Of a DNA stretch of 30,893 nt, positions 25,396 to 30,893 are shown one piece after another. A model generated the notes under the pieces. The model had not been told where the DNA came from. It made no database searches and saw only the letters and a list, made by a program, of their open reading frames with translations. The stretch spans positions 1 to 30,893 of the forward strand of contig CAYJRP010000001.1 of NCBI GenBank assembly GCA_964372675.1. The letters are read 5' to 3'. The translations under genes were made by a program, and so were the position numbers. This DNA is from Candidatus Woesearchaeota archaeon (GTDB lineage Archaea > Nanobdellota > Nanobdellia > Pacearchaeales > GW2011-AR1). Each line of letters begins with the position of its first letter. Position 1 is the stretch's first letter.

Positions 25396-25836
25396 ATGGA
25401 TGAGAGAAAACAAGGAAAAATCAATGTGGAATTGAAGCAAAATCTCAAAGGTGTTTGGTATGCTTCTTCACTTAATATTAATGCAGATACTCTCGAAGAA
25501 TTTGACAAGCTCTTGCTTGAGGCATCTAGGAAGTTAAAGGATCATATTGGGCAGTTAAATGCTGGGCAGATTAAGCAGGAGAGCAAGCAGCCAGAAACTA
25601 TCATGGATTCAGACTCGCTGAAAATTTTTCATAACTTAAAAGAGTTAAGGCATGCGCTTGCAAGAAGAGAGGGCAATCCGCCTTATGCAATCTTCAACGA
25701 TGCTATTTTGAGGAGATTAGCAAAAGAAAGGCCAAGGACAGACCAAGATGTTGAAAACGTTCTTGGAAAGAAAGTCTTTAACAAATACGGTGGACTTGTT
25801 ATTGAAGTCCTGGATAGGCATAGGACGATTTTTTGA
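25396..25836 (+). CDS. Stand-alone HRDC-domain protein (146 aa; start revised to MDERK)
   Basis: C-terminal 'IFHNLKELRHALARREGNPPYAIFNDAILRRLAKERPRT...KYG' matches the RecQ-type HRDC pattern. Confidence 0.8.
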   Translation: MDERKQGKINVELKQNLKGVWYASSLNINADTLEEFDKLLLEASRKLKDHIGQLNAGQIKQESKQPETIMDSDSLKIFHNLKELRHALARREGNPPYAIFNDAILRRLAKERPRTDQDVENVLGKKVFNKYGGLVIEVLDRHRTIF

Positions 25837-25863
25837 GGAATTGCTTTAAACCACCCGATTTAT

Positions 25864-28800
25864 TTATGGCTGGATAATTAAGGTGTTGCTTAATACTGTT
25901 TGTCCATCGGTTTGAATGTTGCTGGGAGTAACAGCAACCTGCCATGTTTCGTTTATTTTTGTTTCTTTACTGGAAATATGAAGTGGATGTTTGCCCTGTA
26001 AGCCTGCAAGATAATTCTCATAAACTTGTTTCGCACTTAATGGGCGATTGTAAATTTTAACTTCATCAATTTTTCCGGAAAAGAAATAATCTGTTTCTTC
26101 TGTTCCGATGAAAGTGCTTACATCAGTTGTATGGATTTGACCTGAAGCGGGTACAACTGTATCGCTGATGCCATTAATGTAGATTTTTATTTCGCTTCTA
26201 TTATAAGTTGTAACAATATGATACCAGTTATTTGGCACTAATTGTGTGGTTGAATAAAGGTCGATATCAGTTCCTCCTATATTAAAGAAAGACAGTATTT
26301 GGTTTCCTCCGGCAAAGTGGTCTGGTTCTGTTACTCTCAAAGCCCTTCTGAAATAACCATTACTTACTATATTTTGTATATCATCTGTGGAATTTGCTTC
26401 TCCGCTCCAGTTAATCCATGCTTCAATTGTAATGTCTTGAGTTATGTTCAAAGCTGTGTGTTCGGGAATTTCAATGAAATCATTTATCCCATCAAAGAAA
26501 TATGCGCCGCCAACTTTTCCGTTGCTTGTCCAGAGAGAATTGTTTATTGTTCCGTTCAGGTTGTTTATAGAATAGTCCTTTGCATTTATTTGGCTTTGAG
26601 TATCAAAAGGCATGTTTAAAGCTGTGAATCCTTGGCTGTTAATTCTCCAGTCTGTTATTTCTGTTACTGTATTTTGCGGATTTATGATGTGCGCAGTAAG
26701 ATTTTCATTTGTGGAATTTGTACCGAATGTTGAGTTTAGGATTACTTGCCCTATCATAGGAGCATTGCTTGGAGCAGCTTGAATTGTAAAATTAACCGGA
26801 TTAAATATTGTTACTATATTTTGTAAATCTGGTGTGAGAGTAGCTGCTCCTGCATAAAGCTGTAATCCGGAAATTGGCGCATTTGGAATTGTCCATGTTA
26901 CTGTTGCTTCTCCGTTATAATCAAGATTGCCCGTTGAATTAAATAAGCCTATTGCATTTGGATATAATAAAGATACTTCCATTGCAAGATCATAGTTAAG
27001 TGGGATTGTTTGTCCTGTCGGCAAAGGAATTCCGGGAGTTGTTCCGAATGAAAAAGCAAAAATGTAAGGAAAGCCAGAATAAGTAGGATCGGATATTGTG
27101 AAATTTATTGTTGCTGTGATGTTTGGCGAGCCTTCTAAAGTTAATGAATATGGAAATGTTATATTTCTAGGAGATAGTTCTGGTTCTTCTGGAGGAGTTA
27201 TTCTTACGCCGTCGGCAAAATCTGATGAAAGGCGGAAATTATATACAATATTGTTCCAATCATTAAACCCATTTAAGACTTGTCCTGGGATCGGGATAGC
27301 GCAACTGGAGCCCGCTACGATAATATAATTTGGATCAGGATTTACTCCTCCGATTGTAGCTAGAGGGTCTATTGTTCCATTTCCATTCCAGTCAACTGAT
27401 CCACTTGCAGAAGGTAAAGGTAAAAATAAATTGCCCGTTGTGTGGTTGCCAAAAATAACACGGCGATTTGAAGGCCCCTGGATGCCGAGATTTTCATTTA
27501 AAGATGATTCATTTAGTGTTGGAAGAGTTTGGTTTGAATAATCTAATGTTCTATTTGGGTCAAGATCACTAAGTTGTAAAGAATAGCTCATGATACTCAA
27601 ATAATTTGGTTTGCAATTGATCTCGTCGCCGCCTCCATGTTGAAGATTTAATGTGTGTCCAAATTCATGCATTAATGTTCCTTCTTGTTCATCTTGATTT
27701 CCGATGTTTGCTGTAAAATTGCCGAGGCTGACCATAAAATCATTTCCGGGTAGTTCAGCAACTCCAGAACTGGTATCATTATCATATTCATGACTAAATA
27801 GATTATAGCGAGTTGACCAGCGCCTGGCTTCAAGAATGTTTTCGCAATTATTGGAATTTCTTTCTGCGGGAGTGCCAAAATACCCACCACAATTTTTAGT
27901 AAGGTTGCCAAGTTTTATATCATCAAAATGCGGACTTCCTAATTCTAAAAAGTTTATATTTGCGATTTCGGGGATATTTTCATCTACGAAGAGATGCAAG
28001 TTAATTCCTTTTGTGCCATTTGGATTTTGTACTGGAGAATTAGAAAATGCTTGTCTTACTCTGTTTAAACCATCTGGAATTGGCTTATGACTGTGGGCTG
28101 GTGATTTCATATAATCAATTTCTATAAACATGTCTTTGTAATTTTTGTTGAAGCCAAGAGAGGGTAATGCAAAATCTATACTTGTGTCATTGTTAGCATC
28201 AATACCTAAATCTTCCCAGTTATCGCAAAGCGCATCTCCGTCGTTATCTGGATTGTTATTATTGTCAGTGTCCCAACATTGGCACATAAATGTGCAAAGA
28301 CTTAAGTTTAATACCATGGTTCTGTCTGTCCAATTAATTACAGTGGCGCATGTATTATCAATTCCATTTAATTGACTTTGTGAGAAAGTTTGATTAACAA
28401 TATCAACTTTGTTAAGACAAATATAATTATTTTTTATTGTGGTGTTTAATATTTCATTAAGATTTATTCCATTTGTGTTGTTCAGAATAACGTTTTCTTT
28501 TATCGTGTTTTCAAACTGAATATTAATTGGGATAGTATTGGTTGTTATTATACCGCTTTTGCTATTTGAATAAATAAAATTATTTATTATTGTGCTGTTT
28601 GCGGTTGAATTTAATAATATTCCGTCTTGATTTGATGTTATATTGTTAGCCAAAATATTGTTATGTTTTGATAATGAAATTTTAATTCCATTTAACTTGT
28701 TTTCTTTTATAGTATTGTTTGCTATCGTGTTGTAATGTGAGTTTTCTAAAGAAATACCATTTATATTATTATTTATAATATTATTTTTTTCAATTAGCGT

Positions 28801-30339
28801 TGTATTTGATGAATTAATTATAATCCCATAGCTGTTTTTGGAGATGTTGTTTAGTATTATTTTATTATTTAGAGGGCTTTCAAGAGAACCAAACATCAGT
28901 TGTGGTGTTGATAATAAGCCGCCTAAAAAATTATTTTCAATTATATTCGATATGATATTGTTGTTATTGCCAAATTTAATTTCTATTCCATAATTAGTGT
29001 TGTTTAGGATTTTATTATTTAAAATAGTATTATTTTCCGAAGGGGTAATATAACCGCTGCTTATATTTCCTAAAACAAAACCTGAAATATTATTAAAACT
29101 TACAAAATTTTCTATAAATTTATCGTTAAATGAAGATAAGATTTCTACCCCATATCCTTTATTAAAAGAGATATTATTTTTTGTGAAATTGTTATCGGAG
29201 CCAGATATTATTATTCCGCTTTCATTATTTAGGGTTATATTATTGTTAAAAATTTTATTTAGTAATCCGTATATTAAAATTCCTGTTTGATTGTTTTCTC
29301 TTACTATATTATTAGAAATTGTATTGTTTTGACCAAATATAAATATTCCTATCTGATTATTATAGCCTATGTTGTTTTCTGTAATTAGACTGTTACCTGT
29401 TTGGATAAAAATTCCTGATGCATTGTTTGACCGTATCGTATTGTTGGAAATAGTGTTATTGTTTGCTACTCCTGATGACGAAATTCCGTTTGCACCGTTT
29501 AAGTCGATAATATTTTCACTAATCAAAGTATTTGCAATAGTTTGTATTCCTGGGCCCATATTATATTTTATGGTATTTTTTCTTATGATATTTGAAGTAG
29601 TTAGATTATAATTTAAAATATATAGCCCTCCTTGAAAGCCATTAAAGTTTAAATTGTTATCTTCAATTGTATTATACTCGGAGTTTAGGCGCGTTCCTGC
29701 ATATCCGTTGGAATTTATAATATTGTTTTTGATTAGAGAGTTTCTTGTAGCTATATAAAATGGTTGATCACTTTCAATTCCGTATCTTGCATTAGAACTA
29801 AGGTTATTGTTCATTATTGTAAGATAGTTTGTTGCATCTGAAAATCTTATTCCTGCACCAAAAACTTGGCCAGGAAGTGGGCCATAGCATGCGTCATTGT
29901 CACTAAAATCATTATTTATGAGGGTTATAAAATTAGAATTACCTATTTTTATCCCAGATCCATGAAGAGTTGATTTACAATTTTGAATTGTAACAGAATT
30001 AATTCCGTCTATGCGAAAACCTTCGTAATGAGAAACAACACAATTATTACCATCGCCGACTATGCTTGCGCCATTACAGTCAACTGTTATGCCATTTGAA
30101 CAAACATCAATTCCTATTGGAAAGTTATGGCTGCCCGCAGGCATGTTAAAAGAGTTTCTTATATCACAACCTTGTATGAAGTTAACACCGCATTCAGGGT
30201 CTGTCCATGGTGAAGTGTGGAATAAAGGGAAACTATTTAAAAAACATCCTATATGTGCGCCGTTGTGAGCGCGAACAAGATTTATAGATATTAAAATAAA
30301 GAAAAATATAAACCCTAAAACAAAGATGTGTTTTTTCAT
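25864..30339 (-). CDS. Large secreted surface protein: right-handed beta-helix repeats, Ca-binding Dx(N/D)xDG motif, zinc metalloprotease motif, LamG/ConA-like domain (1491 aa)
   Basis: Signal peptide; NosD/PbH1-like 'I.NN.I..N..GI' repeats; DNDGDALCDNWE; HEFGHTLNLQH with downstream SIMSY; LamG motifs 'FFDGINDFIEI', 'WYHIVTTY' and 'FSGKIDEVKIYNRPLS'. Confidence 0.9.
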   Translation of the reverse strand: MKKHIFVLGFIFFFILISINLVRAHNGAHIGCFLNSFPLFHTSPWTDPECGVNFIQGCDIRNSFNMPAGSHNFPIGIDVCSNGITVDCNGASIVGDGNNCVVSHYEGFRIDGINSVTIQNCKSTLHGSGIKIGNSNFITLINNDFSDNDACYGPLPGQVFGAGIRFSDATNYLTIMNNNLSSNARYGIESDQPFYIATRNSLIKNNIINSNGYAGTRLNSEYNTIEDNNLNFNGFQGGLYILNYNLTTSNIIRKNTIKYNMGPGIQTIANTLISENIIDLNGANGISSSGVANNNTISNNTIRSNNASGIFIQTGNSLITENNIGYNNQIGIFIFGQNNTISNNIVRENNQTGILIYGLLNKIFNNNITLNNESGIIISGSDNNFTKNNISFNKGYGVEILSSFNDKFIENFVSFNNISGFVLGNISSGYITPSENNTILNNKILNNTNYGIEIKFGNNNNIISNIIENNFLGGLLSTPQLMFGSLESPLNNKIILNNISKNSYGIIINSSNTTLIEKNNIINNNINGISLENSHYNTIANNTIKENKLNGIKISLSKHNNILANNITSNQDGILLNSTANSTIINNFIYSNSKSGIITTNTIPINIQFENTIKENVILNNTNGINLNEILNTTIKNNYICLNKVDIVNQTFSQSQLNGIDNTCATVINWTDRTMVLNLSLCTFMCQCWDTDNNNNPDNDGDALCDNWEDLGIDANNDTSIDFALPSLGFNKNYKDMFIEIDYMKSPAHSHKPIPDGLNRVRQAFSNSPVQNPNGTKGINLHLFVDENIPEIANINFLELGSPHFDDIKLGNLTKNCGGYFGTPAERNSNNCENILEARRWSTRYNLFSHEYDNDTSSGVAELPGNDFMVSLGNFTANIGNQDEQEGTLMHEFGHTLNLQHGGGDEINCKPNYLSIMSYSLQLSDLDPNRTLDYSNQTLPTLNESSLNENLGIQGPSNRRVIFGNHTTGNLFLPLPSASGSVDWNGNGTIDPLATIGGVNPDPNYIIVAGSSCAIPIPGQVLNGFNDWNNIVYNFRLSSDFADGVRITPPEEPELSPRNITFPYSLTLEGSPNITATINFTISDPTYSGFPYIFAFSFGTTPGIPLPTGQTIPLNYDLAMEVSLLYPNAIGLFNSTGNLDYNGEATVTWTIPNAPISGLQLYAGAATLTPDLQNIVTIFNPVNFTIQAAPSNAPMIGQVILNSTFGTNSTNENLTAHIINPQNTVTEITDWRINSQGFTALNMPFDTQSQINAKDYSINNLNGTINNSLWTSNGKVGGAYFFDGINDFIEIPEHTALNITQDITIEAWINWSGEANSTDDIQNIVSNGYFRRALRVTEPDHFAGGNQILSFFNIGGTDIDLYSTTQLVPNNWYHIVTTYNRSEIKIYINGISDTVVPASGQIHTTDVSTFIGTEETDYFFSGKIDEVKIYNRPLSAKQVYENYLAGLQGKHPLHISSKETKINETWQVAVTPSNIQTDGQTVLSNTLIIQP

Positions 30340-30373
30340 GATTATTATTGCATATTACTTATTCTTTTATTTA

Positions 30374-30661
30374 TTATTCTTGATTTTGCGATTGATATTT
30401 TCCTGCAGCTTTTAATATGGCTTCTACTGGATCCATTTCTTTGTATTTTTCAAATTTTTCTTTTTCTTCTGCTGGTAATTCATTTATTTTACTTTCAAGA
30501 TAATCAAGAAACGCTTCCTGTGGAGAAACTTCTTCGCTTTTTTCTTTTACTAAATCTGTGTCTTCTTGTGCTGATATTTTGTTTGCGGTTAGAAATAAGA
30601 GGGCAATAGCGAATAGCAGAATAATTATTGAGATAAATATTAATTTGCTTTTTGATTGCAT
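30374..30661 (-). CDS. Small membrane-anchored or secreted protein (95 aa; start revised to MQSKS)
   Basis: Signal or TM helix followed by an acidic helical segment; co-oriented with and just upstream of the large surface gene. Confidence 0.6.
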   Translation of the reverse strand: MQSKSKLIFISIIILLFAIALLFLTANKISAQEDTDLVKEKSEEVSPQEAFLDYLESKINELPAEEKEKFEKYKEMDPVEAILKAAGKYQSQNQE

Positions 30662-30742
30662 GTAATTTACTAGATATAGTTGTATATAAGGATTGTTGTA
30701 TTTGGAAAGAATATTTATTAACATCAAATAACTAATACTTAA

Positions 30743-30893
30743 ATGGCTTTGAGCGACTCAATTATAATTGTACTGCTGTTTATAGGGGCGTTAGTTGCAG
30801 GATATTTTATCGGGCATGTTATTGGTACTCGTAAAAGAGAGAGATTGTGGCAGGAGGCTTTGCCAGAGCATAGAGCCGATGCTATCGCCCGCT
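30743..30893 (+). CDS. 5' part of a probable Holliday-junction-resolvase-like (Endonuc_Holl-type) membrane-anchored protein; runs off the window
   Basis: MALSDSIIIVLLFIGALVAGYFIGHVIGTRKRERLWQEALPEHRADAIAR...: TM helix, then 'R.DAI.R', which I recall preceding the SR..L.G motif of that family. Only 50 codons are visible. Confidence 0.5.
   Translation, partial: MALSDSIIIVLLFIGALVAGYFIGHVIGTRKRERLWQEALPEHRADAIAR

Noticed and set aside
744-30609. Numerous short antisense or overlapping ORFs in the track (e.g. 744..1079, 1590..1955, 3214..3528, 5315..5587, 16189..16449, 18074..18517, 22830..23102, 26299..26619, 30328..30609)
   Set aside because: They shadow well-supported genes on the other strand or frame and have no recognisable motifs or start signals.

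Overview
Archaeal chromosomal segment. Evidence for the domain: BRE/TATA-type promoters, a stand-alone Kae1, and ribosomal proteins L7Ae, S28e and L24e. The bacterial-type gyrase and the many Ig-like membrane-anchored proteins suggest a DPANN lineage such as Pacearchaeota or Woesearchaeota (inference). In order, the window holds: a surface-protein cluster interrupted by a ~290-nt array of near-perfect hairpins and by an antisense block of orphan genes plus an Lrp regulator; DUF192; a 41-aa basic micro-protein missed by the ORF track; an AT-rich aldo/keto reductase and LMW-PTP pair; a nucleotidyltransferase; kae1; an arrestin-like gene; an HTTM-DCC fusion; an L7Ae-S28e-L24e operon interleaved with orphan ORFs; gyrB with a 431-aa HNH intein; four small genes; gyrA with Ile at the E. 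coli Ser83 position; an alpha/beta hydrolase; a stand-alone HRDC protein; a 1491-aa beta-helix/metalloprotease/LamG surface protein; and the 5' end of a probable Holliday-junction-resolvase-like gene. The main discovery is at kae1. A LAGLIDADG-wHTH gene with its own promoter sits in the 3' end of kae1. The expressed kae1 ends in one version of the C-terminus, while a second, more canonical version (27 codons, with its stop) is stranded on the far side of the endonuclease gene. This fits a splicing-free 'home-and-rescue' element in an essential archaeal gene. No tRNA, rRNA or CRISPR array was recognised. All calls were made by eye, with no database searches.
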